A stretch of DNA of 64,000 nt from Camelus dromedarius (GCF_036321535.1 NC_087437.1:120716001-120780000), one strand, 5' to 3'; counted from the first letter of the stretch, positions 13,110 through 25,119 are shown. Notes: generated from the sequence alone by a model not told the origin. Numbers and translations: made by a program.

Positions 13110-15600
13110 TTGTTGCACGAATTTGGCCCTGCTCCTGAAAATCGTTATAAAAAGAACAGAAATACAATTTTGGCTTCTTTATTCAGTGCCTCTCAGTCCC
13201 TCCTCGTACTTCCACATGATCTTCATTGAGGTCCATTTTTACACCCTTTGATTTGAAATTCCAACTTTATCACATACTAAGTTCCCATGTGTCTGGGGGT
13301 CTATTTCTGATTCTCAGGCTTTGTCCCGCTGGTCTGTTGGTGGCTGTCCCTCCCACTCAAGGGGGACAGCCACCAAGGCCTCGCGGAGCACTTTCCAAGC
13401 CAGTAGGAGACTTACTCTTCCTTTTCAGGGTTTATTCTTTCGTATCATTTTTGAAATCAGCTTTTCTAGAAACAGAAATGTAAGCCTGTTGGTACTTCTG
13501 ACTGTAAGGCTTGCGTTAAACTTATAAATCAACCCAGGCAGAGCCGGCGCGCCCATGATACTGCGTGGCCCCAGCCAGCAGCATGGCTTGTATTTTCATT
13601 TGTGCAAGTCCGCTTTGGGGTCTTGGACTGTTTTCCTCAGGCATGTTTTACACGTTACTTGTTACACATATTCACGGATTCTTCATCTTTTTTGCTGTTA
13701 TTATTGTGGGATCCTCTCTCCTGTATCTTCTATGTGGTCAGACATACGCACTACCTACTGATCACTATGTGGAATCAATATAATTAATATTGTATATCAA
13801 TTTATGTAGATTACAATTCACGTTATATTACAATGTGTTATATAATAATATATGATTGTTTAATAATATATAATTTATTTATAAATATTACTAATTTTAA
13901 TATTATTTACATTTTAATAATATAAGTAACCTGCTAGGTTCTCTTACTTTCTGTGCTCATTTAAAATAGATTCTTTATTGAACCTGATTTCCAAAGTAAT
14001 GACTGTTTTTATGCCTCCAATTTCTCTGTCTTGTCTAATTGCACTGACCAGTATCTAGTTCAATATTAAATAGGGGTAACGGTGTTGGAAATCCTGTCCT
14101 GCTTCTGACTTTCATGGGAATAACTCCAGCGTCCCCTCGCTATGTGTGATGCCGACTTTGGGGGTGGTGCTCGCACAAGGGTAATTTTATATCTGTGGCT
14201 ATGGTAAAGAAGACTCCATCAATTCCCATTTTATTGAGCATTTTTTAAAATTCCAGAATGACTGTTGAGTTTGGGAAGCACCTTCTCTGGATTAATAGAG
14301 ATAATCACAAGGATTTTATCCTTAAACCTATGAATCTGGCGGGTTACAAGAATAGGTCTCTAACGTTAACTTGCCTTTTTGCTTTTGCTTCCAACTCCGC
14401 TTGGTAACAGATTATTCTCTAACAGGTGACGGATCCCATTTGCTAATATTGTATTCAAGATTTTAGCATTCATACTTGTGATTTATACTGATTTCCAGGT
14501 TTCTTTCCGTGGGCAGTCTTTATCAGGCTTTGACATCAATAGAATGTGTCTTCAAATAAAAAAAGTGGTAAGTTTTCCTTCTTTTTTGATGCTCTGGAGC
14601 TGCCCAAGGATGGGAGACTGTCCCTGGGATTGGGTGGGATTTTGGGTCGGGGTAGGGGAGGCACAACTTTTAACAACTTTTTCTATTTCTTGTTTGGAAA
14701 TTGTCTGTTTAGTCTTCCTACGTTTTCCAGAGTCAATTTTTTTTCCTAGAAAATTAAATTTCATCCCAGTTTAAGATTTATTGCAAACAAATAGTTGCTT
14801 AAATTAAATTAGTACAAATTAGTCACTTAAGTTAAAAAGCATTTTTTCTCGTCTCTGTGGTTATTTCTCACCTTGCCGTTTTTATACTGTGTATGTGTAC
14901 CTTCTCCCCCTCTTCCCCTCACTCAGCTGGTCGCTTACTTATTTTTTCCAAAGTGTCAGCTTATTTCTTTCAATAGCTTTCTCCTTTCTATCGCTTTTGT
15001 CCTCTCTCTCTCTCTCTCTCATTAAGGTAGAGTTGATCTACAATGTTTCAGGTCATTGCTTTTGTCTTAACCTCTTCCTTCTACTTTCTTACCTTTTTTT
15101 TTTTTTTTTTGGCATTTTCTAATCTTCTAATGTAGTGCTGAATTCATCTGTTTTCATTCTTCCCTTTTAAAAAATGGCTATATTTGAATGGAAGGTGATG
15201 TGTTTTCCATAGACCACCACTCACAGGTCCTGATAGGCAGTGTTTTTGGTTTTTAGAAATCGTGCAGGTGGGCTCATATTTGCCCTTTGACCCAGGTTGT
15301 TTAGGAAAAAAATTTGTAGATTTCCAAATAGAATGCCTTTTTTTGGTTTCCTCACTTTGTTATCAATTTCTGACATTGCTGCATTTTGATCAGAGAATCT
15401 TGCTGTCTTCTCCTGCAGTTTGGGAAGTTACTGAGGTTTTCTCGGAGGCTCGGTGCATGGCCAGCACCTGCGGATGCTTCAGGGCTATGTGGAGAGGGTG
15501 CCCCTCCCTGCGGCTGCGCTGGGACTGCCTCCCTCACGTTCACCGTGGTGACCGTCTTGTTGGACCCGAATGTAGTTACTTCTCATACTGGTTCTGCCTC
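13110..15600 (-). mobile_element. Highly decayed L1M ORF2 region
   Basis: T-rich antisense L1 motifs such as TGTCCTGCTTCTGACTTTCATGGGAA and TTTGCTAATATTGTATTCAAGATTTTAGCAT. Confidence 0.6.
13775..13925. repeat. AT-rich low-complexity tract
   Basis: Almost pure A/T, TAATAT-like repeats. Confidence 0.8.
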
Positions 15601-17282
15601 GGACTGAGAGGCACGGGCTCCTCTGTCCTCCCGTGAGCAGCCTCGGAGGGAGGAAACGCTGTTGGGGTTTGGCTGGGAGGACAGCCTATCTTCCTGCCCC
15701 CTCGCTGTCTCCCCAGCTGCCAGTGTCTGTAGAAATCTCTGTGCAGGAAGGGAGGCGAGGAGGAGCCCAGGGTCAGAGGTGGCTGCTGGGCCTGAGGGAG
15801 CAGCCCTGGGGGCCCCTCACTCACAAAACCCCCGGGGCCTCTGCGCCAGCTGCAGTCGGAGCGGGACAAACAGACAGTGACAAGCTAGCCACCGACACTG
15901 CAGGTCGCCTTCTGTCACCTCAGGTCTGGAGCCCCTGGGCTGGACGGCCAGGGACAGTGGGCCGGCCGCTTAGACGGCGGCCTTCAGCTGCCCCTAGAAC
16001 TGGCCAAGGCACGCGGGCCACTGGCCCTCCCTCAGGGCTGTGGTCCACGAACACCACTTCCACATTCATTACATGATTCAGGGCGAAAATGGGTTTTCTA
16101 TTAGTAACAGTTAAGTGCTCTTGTGCAAAACAAAGCAGTTATTACGTGTGATTTTCTGAGCCAGTTAAGTTCCTGTTCAGGGAATTAAATGGGTAACATT
16201 TAGGTAATCGAGGCACCTCTGAGTGTCAGTGACTGGGCCATGCATGTGTCTGTTTTTGTCTGTTTTAGACTTTTGGGCAGTGTCCCTCCACCATGAGACT
16301 GATCAGCCAGGCCTTAGGTAGGGGTATGAGTGAGCAAGACTTGGGTGCAGGGCTTCCTTGCCGGCGGCCCAGGGGGAGGAGGAGGGGCGTGGGGAGGACC
16401 AGGAGCCGTGACAGTGCCTGTCACTGAGCTGTTACCTCTGTGGGCTGGACTCCGCCGGGGCCCTCAGAGCTGTGCACCTTGCACTGAGTTCTGCAAGGTG
16501 ACCCACCCGCTGGTCGAGGGAGGGCCTGGTGGTGTCACTTCCCCACCACTTCCTGCTCAGCCAGCTCTGGGCCCCCTCAGGTCCTGGAGGCGGGCCCTAC
16601 CAGTGCCGGGCTGCCCAGCTGTAGCTGAGTCGGAGTGAGTGCAGGAGAGGGGCCCAGGGCACCCAACATGTCTGCTAGAGTCTGTGTGCGCCGTGCGGGC
16701 CACCGTGACCGGGCAATTTCACATCGTGCGGGTGACAGGGAAGAGATGCGGAAATCTAGGTTAGCTGACGCCTCCCTTCCCCCCTGCACCAATGAAGCTT
16801 TGGTGCCTTTGGAGGTTGGCATTCTGAGTGGCTCAGCTCACAACCTGCCCGTCCCTCCCACAGCTCCTTTCTGCCCCCATGACCCAATATTAAACATGCC
16901 AGGGGCTGGCACAAAAGCCACTAACCCTGCTCCCATGGCTAAGTCAGGTCACAGCTGGCTGCTGCCACCAGGGAAGGGGGTGGCTCCCTGGGCTGGAGAA
17001 GAGCCCGAAAAGGTGGATGGAGGATACACGAGGGCCTCCAGCAAGGGGGTCGCGCCTGCCCCCACCTCCCGCCCCCATCTGGCAGGAACACAGGTGAGGG
17101 ACAGCAGACTTGGACATGGAAAGTCCTCTCGGGGAATAACTGCAGCCTGAAAGGCGAGAATCCAGGCTGTCAGAAAGCCAAGGAAAAGGCAACGGAGCTC
17201 AAAATAAGAGCTCCGATGAGAATGTCGGGAAGCGCCGTCCAGGGCGCCAGGCTTGCTTGCCCTACGGCGGGAGGCGGGAGGC

Positions 17283-17305
17283 GGGGGGGGGGGGGGGGGG
17301 GGGGG
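17283..17305 (+). repeat. Poly-G homopolymer (23 G)
   Basis: Read directly from the sequence. Confidence 0.9.
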
Positions 17306-18984
17306 AGGGATTGAAGCCGCGTGCTGCAGAGTAAGACCTGGGAGGAGGACATGGTTTCTGTGCCAACAGATGTGCCGAGTGAGTTCTTTGTGGAAATAAC
17401 ACACGAAAACAGTCACAGCGAACAGGGAACTAAGCCCACTGTTGAGACCAAGAGGAGGGCAGGCGGGCTGGGGCCGGGCCGCACCCCAGCTCTGCCCTTC
17501 CACCCGCGGTGCCCCGGCCCCTCCTGTGTGGACCGGGGAGGGGATGTAAAGGCACCGCCCCTGCGCTGCGGCTGCTCCGTCTGTGCCTCCACCAACCGTC
17601 TGTGAAGTGGAGCTCGGAATACCTCCTCCTGGGGATTCTGAGGGGCTCAAATGCGGAGCATACGTGCTTTGGGGGGGAAATTGTATCATGATCCCTGCTT
17701 TCAGATGCGAAGACTGAGGCTCAGGAGAAGGGTAATTTTTGGAACCCAGCCAGCAGTGTGGCTCTGTTCCTTTTTGTACACAGTCGGGCTCCTTCAGACA
17801 AGTGGGGAAGGCAGATAGATGGGAAAGGGGGAAGAAATCACCTCCAGCCCGACAGTCACTGCTGGCATTTCTGTGCATTTTATTCCAATCTCTTAAAATA
17901 GTTTTGTTTTTGTTTTGTGTTTCTTCCTTTTATTTAGTTATGATCATATCACACCATGTTTATTTTAAGACCTTTTTTTTTTAAAGCTTTCTAAAAGCCA
18001 ACATTCATTCCTTTTAAAATGCTCCAGAGACTTTAAAAAGGCTTCAAGTTACTCAGGTTTCAGATAAGATTATAGGCAGGTGCTGACTGTTGGTTTCTCT
18101 GTCGCCAGAGCGTCCATTTCAATGTGTTCAATTCTGTATCTCCACAGATCTGCTAGCTGGGGACTGGCAAAGTCCTCAGACCTTTGGCATGCTCCATCAA
18201 GGGTACCACTCCAAAAGTGTCGAGAAAAACAATGGTGGTAGCAGTCACGAGCATGGCGAGGGAGAGAGTTCTAAGATCCAGGAATCCACTTTCACAGTTA
18301 CCACTGATGTACATAACATTGCAACATTAACATTCCCAGACTATCATAAACCCTTTCTAAACAGAGTTTTGATGGTTACATAATAGTTCAGCCAATAAAC
18401 ACAGCACACTTTGTATAACACTGTCATTGGTATTTATTTCAGTTATTTTCCATTTTTGACAACAGCAGCCGACGCTGCAACAGGTGTTTTTATCCACAAA
18501 GGTTTGGGAGAGATGGTTTCCTTAAAGAGACCTCGAAGTGGAGTTGCTGGGTCAAAGGATGAAAGGGTGTTACTGCTTTTTAAAACAGTGGCATCTCAGA
18601 GAATCTCCTGAAGCAGAAAAAATACCGTCCAGGCATGCTAGACTGCTGGCTTTGCCCCACCCTCACCTCCCTCAGCTCTCCTCTCCCCAACAGCCCAGGT
18701 TTTTGTTAATTTAGTGGGAAAAAAATGTTTACGTGCATTCCTCCGTTGCTCACGAGAAAGAGTCTCTCTCCTGTCTCTGTTGCTACTTCTGTTTGCCTCG
18801 TGTGGACTGGTTGCTCACTTGGGGCTGTTATTTGTGGATGGCTCGCCTGGGGGTTCTGCACATCGCGAGAGGGAAGGAAGTGCAGTAAACAGAGGAGCCA
18901 GCGCGCTGTGGACCGCTGAGAGCAACACACGCTTCACCTGGTGGATTCTTCGGAAACTCACGTGCTACAGCTTTACAGTCAGCT

Positions 18985-20520
18985 GAGTTTTTATTAAACT
19001 TTTATTTTGTGATCACGTGGGTTCACATGCAGTTGTAAGAGAGGTTCCATGCACCCTTTACCCAGTCCCCCGGGGCAGCGTCCTGCAGAGCTCTAGCCCA
19101 GCATCACGGCAGGGTGCTGGGCCTGCTGCCGGCCAGACTCAGGACACACCGTGCTCACCAGGTCCGTCCCCCCCACCCCCGCTGCCCTTTTAGAGCCACA
19201 TCCATTCCCCTCCTGACTGCACACCCCTGCCTTAACCCTTGGCAACCACTCACCTGTTCTCCATGTCTCTAATTTTGTTGTTTCAAGAATATTACATACA
19301 TACAGATGACCCAATCAAAAAATGGGCAGAAGAGCTAAACAGGCATTTCTCCAATGAAGACATAACAGATGGCCAAGAGGCACATGAAAAGTTGCTCAAT
19401 ATCGCTAATTATCAGAGAAACGTAAATCAAAACTACAGTGAGGCATCACCTCACGCTAGTCAGAATGGCCGTCATTAAAAAGCCCATAAACAGTAAATGC
19501 CGGAGGTGTGGAGGACAGGGAGCCCTTCTGCACTGCTGCTGGGGATGCAGTCTGGTGCAGCCACTGTGGAAAACAGCGTGGAGAGTCCTTGAAAAACTAA
19601 AAATAGACTTACCATATGATCCAGCAATCCCACTCCTGGGTATATGTCTGGAGGGAACTCTAATTTGAAAAAATATGTGTACCCCAATGTTCACAGCAGC
19701 AGTATTTACAATAACTGAGACATGAAAGCAACCTAAATGCCCGCTGACAGATGGCTGGATAAAGAGGTTGTAGTATATATATATATATATAAATAATGAA
19801 ATACTACTCAGCCATAAAAAGGAATGAAACAATGCCGTTTGCAGTAACATGGATGGACCTAAAGATTATCATACTAAGTGAAGTAAGTCAAAGACAAATG
19901 TCATATGTCACTTATATGTGGAATCTAAAAAGATGTAAATTAACTTACTTACAAACCAGAAACAGACTCACAGACATAGAAAACAAACTTGTGGTTACCA
20001 AAGAGGAAAGGGGGTGGCGGAGGGATAAATTGGGACTTTGGGATTAGCAGATACAAACTACTGTATATAAAATAGATAAACGACAAGGCCCTACTGTAGA
20101 GCATGGGGAACTATATTCAATATCCTGTAAAAACCTATAATGAAAAAGAATATATATGTATAACCGAATCACTGTGCTGTACACTAGAAACTAACACAGT
20201 TCGTCAACCAACTCTAATCAAAAAATGATCGTGCCCAATACAATTATCCATCATGGTGCGCTCAGCCATTGTGCCCAGGAAACCCCCCAGGGCAAAGAAG
20301 AGTGTGACACAGATGGAATCCCACGGCAGGCCTCTGACTCTGGGCTGGAGTTTCCTCGCTCAGCGTAGCTCTGTCAAGCCCCATCCTGGTGGTGGTGTGT
20401 AGCAGCAGTTCAGCCCTTTTCCTTGCTGCTGTGTCTTCCGTGGTGTGGACGGACCACACGGTTTTAACTGGTCACCCGTCCAAGGGTACCTGGGTGGGGT
20501 TTTCCAGTTTTCGGGCACTG
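18985..20520 (-). mobile_element. Old L1MB-like 3' end, interrupted at 19302-20308
   Basis: TTCACATGCAGTTGTAAGA...GGCAACCACT...TTTCAAGAAT on the left resumes as ATGGAATC...TTTCCAGTTTT on the right. Confidence 0.7.
19303..20225 (+). mobile_element. Younger L1, ORF2 C-terminus and 3' UTR, 5'-truncated
   Basis: Peptides [69 protein letters not shown]; ends in a short A run. Confidence 0.93.
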
Positions 20521-20914
20521 GGGGTAGAGCTGCCCGAACCCCTGCGGGCTCACCATTCGTCCTGGCGTAGCCCTCCTTGGGGAGGCCCTGCCTGGGGGCA
20601 GAGCAAACCCCACGGGGCTCCCTTCAGACAACGCCTACAGCTATCCCGATACATAATTGAACAGGCTCTTTGCGATCCGGAGACAACGTAATGGGCTACC
20701 AGGAAAGAGCGTTTGGGCTCCAGTTCCAGCAACCTCGAAAAAAACAAATGCTGTCTTAGGAGAAAAGAATCTGAGAAAAAAGAATGGACATTGACTAATA
20801 AGCATAGCATCATTTTCACAAATTGAAAATGATTGAAAGGAGTGGCTGAACCAGTATTTGTGCTGAATTCAAGCACTGTCTAAATTAGCACGTGATAAAA
20901 AGGTCTCTGATGGG

Positions 20915-21760
20915 CCTGCTCCGTGGGGAGAGCGCAGGCGGCCCCTTGCGGCCCGCGAGCCGGGGGGCCACCTGGGACAGAGCGGCCGGCTTGGCCCTGC
21001 CCTGCCCTCCGCCCGCCCAGCCGCCGGAAAGGGCAGTCCTCGCGGCCAGCGCCGGCCCGGGAGGCCGGGCCGCAGCGCTGCCACCACGGGAGAGTTGCTG
21101 GTGCCTGCTTCCTCGGAGCCCCCGGACCCGGCTCTGCGAGAGCAGGCTGAGGACGTGGAGACCCGCGCTGAGGCTGCACGTGGTGCTGTCAGTTTTAGTT
21201 TAGTTTAGTTCAGTTTTTGCTGTGTGGGTGGATGTGAAGCGACAGGTCGCCGTCCCTGTAACGTGCGCTTCCCTGCTGCCTAGAGGCGACGACGGCCCTC
21301 GGGGTTGGTCCCCTCTCGTTTGGTCCCCCTGTGCTTCTGCCCTGCTTCTTTTTGGATTAATCAGGCATTTCACGTGTCCCAGTCTATTTCCTCTACTGGA
21401 TTCTTGGCCGAACCTTTTATTCTTTTTTCCCAGTAGTCTTGCCCTGCGGCTGCACATACTCAGGCTCACGCCGAGCTCTGTGGCGGCGACACCGCATCAC
21501 TTCAGCCTTCGCCCTTCACGCAGGCCCGACTCGCCGCCCCGCTCCCGCCCGCTCCGCAGCGTAACACGCCCCGCACGCACGACGCCCTTCACCCCCACCC
21601 TTGTGCCGTCGTCGTCAGAGCTTTTCCGTCCACGTACATTTAAAAACCGCCACACAAAGTTACTAAGCATGTTTGAAGCACAGTTGTCTATTAAAGAGAC
21701 TACGGGAGGGAGAAAAAGGCAGCAGCCATTTACGTCCCCCGTCTGCGGACTTTTTGAGGG
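20915..21760. promoter_or_regulatory. Second CpG island, ~3.5-4 kb upstream of TRAPPC10 exon 1
   Basis: Dense CpG at 20915-21200 and 21440-21760. Function unknown. Confidence 0.6.
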
Positions 21761-22800
21761 GCCAGGCTTTCCCTCCTGTACGTGCAAGTCACCGTCTCTG
21801 GGTCTCTCCCTTCCTCCTGAAGCACATCCCACGGCACTTCCTGCAGTGCCTGCCTGTGGGCCCGACTCTCCCAGCCTCACCTGGAAATAGCTTGGTCTGC
21901 TCTCCTTCTGTTTAGAGTAGTTTGGCTGGATGTATGCTGCATGGTTGAGTTTGTAAAGGTTTATACCATTGGTTTTTTGGCTTACATTGTGTCTGATGGA
22001 AAGACAGTGGAAATCCTTACCACTGTTCCCCAGAAAGTGTGTTTCTTTGCCGGCAGTGTTCAAGATTTCTTTCTTTCTTTTTAAAGATGTATTTCTTTAT
22101 GGCTTTCGTCAGTTTGACTATAACGTGCCTAAGTGTGATTTTCTGTGTAAGTATCCTACTGAGGTTTTCCTGAGTTTCCTGAGCTGTAAATCAATGTTTT
22201 TCATCAAATTTGTGGATTTGGGGCGATGATTTTGTTTAGATAAAGTTTCTGCCCTATGCTCACTCTCTTCTTCTGAGACTCACACATTACATGTGTTAGG
22301 CTGTTTTATATTGTCCTGTAGGTCCCTAAAGCTCTGTTCCTTTTTCTTCCATCGTTTTTCTCTTCTTCAGACTGAATAATTGTACTGGTCTGTCTTCACT
22401 GACTCCTCTGCTGTCTCCAATCTGCTCTTAAGCCAATGCAGTGACACTTTCATTTCAATTGTTGTGCTTTCCAGTCCTAGAATTTCCGTTTGATTCTTTT
22501 TATACTTCCTATTACTCTGCCAGGAGTCCCCACCCCTTTGCTCACTGAGACCATACTTTCACTGAATTCTTTGAACACAGTGGTTTTAGATGCTTTCCAG
22601 TCTTCATCTGTAAATGTGCATCTGGGCCACTTAGGAGTTGGTTTTTATTGGCTGCCTTTTCTCCCCTTGACTCTGGTTTACACATTCTGGTTTTTGAATG
22701 TCTAGTCATTTTTTTAGTGTATATTGGGCATTGGTAAATCATAAATTGTATTGACCCTGGATCATCCTCCACGGAAGAGTCTTGACTTTTGGTCTAACTG
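21400..22800 (-). mobile_element. Old L1M fragment (ORF1/inter-ORF region)
   Basis: T-rich antisense L1M motifs (AGTTTGACTATAACGTGCCTAAGTGTG, CAGTCCTAGAATTTCC); homologous by eye to 49340-50470. Confidence 0.65.
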
Positions 22801-22991
22801 GCAGTTCACCTTGACTTTCCATGGGCTTAGTCTTATGCTTTGCTAGACTGGATCTGAGGAATGTCCATGGTGTCCCCAAGCCCCTCCAACTTGGCAGGAG
22901 TCAACGTCCAAACTCTGTCTCTCTTGTGGAGTTTGCCAAGGCTTTGCTTTACACTTTGTGAAGGTAGGTCAACTGTGGGCCAGGTTTGGGG

Positions 22992-23192
22992 CAAGGGTCA
23001 GTAACCTCACATGTCACGTTTGGGCTGTGCTCTGTTTTTGTGTGACCCTTCAGCTAAAAATGTTTTTTTTTTTTTATATTTAAACATAATTGTTAAAAAA
23101 AAAAAAAAAAAGAATGTGAAACAGCTTTGCATGTGGCCTGCAAAGCTAAAATACTTACTTGGCTTTTACAGATAAAGCTGGCTGACCCATGG
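22992..23192 (+). mobile_element. hAT-Charlie DNA transposon, MER58-like
   Basis: TGTGGCCTGCAAAGCTAAAATACTTACTTGGCTTTTACAGATAAAGCTGGCTGACCCATG end; inverted termini GGGTCAG / CTGACCC. Confidence 0.75.
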
Positions 23193-23230
23193 GGCCTCAG
23201 TCTGGTGTCTCGGCTGAATGCCTTGGGTAT

Positions 23231-23718
23231 TATTGACTGAAATAAAACGCACAATGTAAAAGTTGAGAGTTACGTTTTATTCGGCGGACATTTCTGAGGA
23301 CTTGAACCCATTCGAGCCTGGGATGACCGCCTCTCAGATCGCTCTGAGGGACGGCTCAGAAGAGGTAGGGGAGGAGCCAGGATATATAGGAGTTTTACAA
23401 CAAAGACCAGGTAGTCAGAACATCAAAAGATTACTGTTAACTAAAGAAAACCAGACATCTCAGGTTAAAGAATTTAGCACTTTTCTATGTGTGGGAAGGC
23501 GCAAACATCTGGGCTCACTGAAATCATTCTTTGACAAGCACCTAGCTACCTAGGGCCAGGGCCCTGCCCTTTCCCGTCCCTCACAGTGCCCCGCTTGGGG
23601 TGGATGCAGAGACCAGGCTGCCTGCTTGTCTGCATCCTGAGTCGGTGGTAGCGGCTGATGACTTGCGGGCCACGGCATTCCTTGTTTACTGATACGGCTG
23701 CAATATTTCTCATTCACA
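23231..23718 (-). mobile_element. ERV1-type solo LTR (MER41-related)
   Basis: Minus strand begins TGTGAATGAG, has TATATA and AATAAA, ends CAGTCAATA; near-identical 4-bp flanks GTAT / GTGT. Confidence 0.8.
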
Positions 23719-24620
23719 GTGTTAATGAGGAATCAACAAGGTCTCTCCTACAGCCCTGCTTGGCCTCCAATCTTTGCACCCATGTTTGACTCTGTAACAG
23801 CCACTTCCTGGTAAACCCTATGGAATCTGACCCAATGAGTACTGGGCCCAGCTGAGGCCAGCGACTACAGGGAACCTCCACACAGACTTCCGGTTCTCCA
23901 TCCTTAGCTCCTTCTTCTCGTCCGGTGCTCTGCCTTGCAGGCTCCAGGTGTCTTAAACTCTTGACCTTTGCCTCCTTAGCCAGCCACAGTGCACCATGCT
24001 ACACTATGCACACACATTTAGCAGCTGTGTTCACACTCAAACTATTTCACATATGTTTACTTTATTTCACTTAGAAAAGTTACCCCAAATCTACTTTTCT
24101 TCCATAAGAAACTTAGATGCAGTTAAAGCAAGGTTTCATTTTGTGGCGTTTTCAAAATGTGCCTATTCCATGGAAGGCTCTGTGTGGTTGGGTATTGGGG
24201 TGGGGAGGGGTTGGGGACACAAGTAAAAGGCAGTCCCTAATTCAAGAATTTTAACATCATGGAGACAGGAAACTAGTGCTGCGGAAATCCAGAGAGAAGC
24301 GGTTCATTCCAAACACTGGGAGTAGCTGGTGTGAGCCCGCTTCTGTCGTTAGCCCCCAAGAAGGACTTGAGGTGCTTGGGGGCCTTGGGTTCTACTGTGA
24401 AGGCACCTGACCTTGTTTCACTGCAGGGCAGCAAGGCGACCTCACAAAACCAGTAGGACAAGAAAAACAAGCCCAAGAGTTTTGCAAGGGGTAACTGCCA
24501 GTCAGCCCAGCCGTGGGGACTAACCCGTTTTGTTAACTGATCCCCCCAGGCATCCGGCCTCTGGTAAAATTAACAAAGCTGGGTTCTAGGCAACCGTCCC
24601 GCGCAGGAGAGAAACTGACG

Positions 24621-24770
24621 TGCGTGTGTCCACCTGCTGTTGCTGGTGACTCCTGGGAGCTTCCCGTGTCCATGTGTCGGTGCTAGTGACCCCCCGTGTC
24701 CGCACGCGCCTGTCAGTGACCCCTGAGTGGTCCCCGTGTCCGCACGCGGCGGTCAGTGACCCCTGGGGCC
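24621..24770. repeat. Degenerate tandem repeat, four units (40/30/40/40 bp)
   Basis: Units start at 24621, 24661, 24691 and 24731, each with GTGTCC...GTGAC; the last two are nearly identical. Confidence 0.8.
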
Positions 24771-25062
24771 GTCCTCCGCATCGGGCACCGGGGTGGGGGG
24801 GTGTGATGCTCGTGGGCGCTCCGCGGCGAGTCCCAGCTGCTCGCCCCAGGCCAGCCCTGTCCCCCGAGGGCGCCGGCCCGGGGGCGGCTCCCAGCCGTGC
24901 AGCCCCTCCAGTGCAGGACCCACCGCCGCCCACGGCCGGTCCGCGCGGGCTTCGGCCCCGAGGCTCGGAGGGAACCTCCGCGGAGACCCCGCGGCCGGGG
25001 CGCCTTTCGGTCGGAGGACAGCGCTCGCCCGGCGTAAGGGCCTCCCCTTTAAGCCGCGCGCC

Positions 25063-25099
25063 CCGGAAGCGGTCCCGCGGCGCGCCGGCACCGGAAGTG
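25063..25099 (+). promoter_or_regulatory. Tandem ETS/GABP-type motifs
   Basis: CCGGAAGC at 25063-25070 and CCGGAAGTG at 25091-25099, about 200 bp upstream of the ATG; typical of housekeeping CpG-island promoters. Confidence 0.65.
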
Positions 25100-25119
25100 G
25101 ATGCGGCCGGCGGCCGGCG

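Noticed and set aside
16949..17878. 309-aa minus-strand ORF with poly-Pro
   Set aside because: The poly-Pro is the G23 homopolymer and part of the ORF crosses a MIR-like fragment; no domain recognised.
20590..20900. Non-repetitive, coding-looking stretch before the second CpG island
   Set aside because: Plus-strand frames have stops, no peptide on either strand resembles a family I recognise, and there is no poly-A or TSD.
5100..23718. Two related LTRs as the ends of one provirus
   Set aside because: Opposite orientation, dissimilar 5' halves, 18 kb apart, and no gag/pol/env remnants between them.
24621..24770. CRISPR-like repeat array
   Set aside because: Eukaryotic DNA; units are adjacent degenerate tandem copies without unique spacers.
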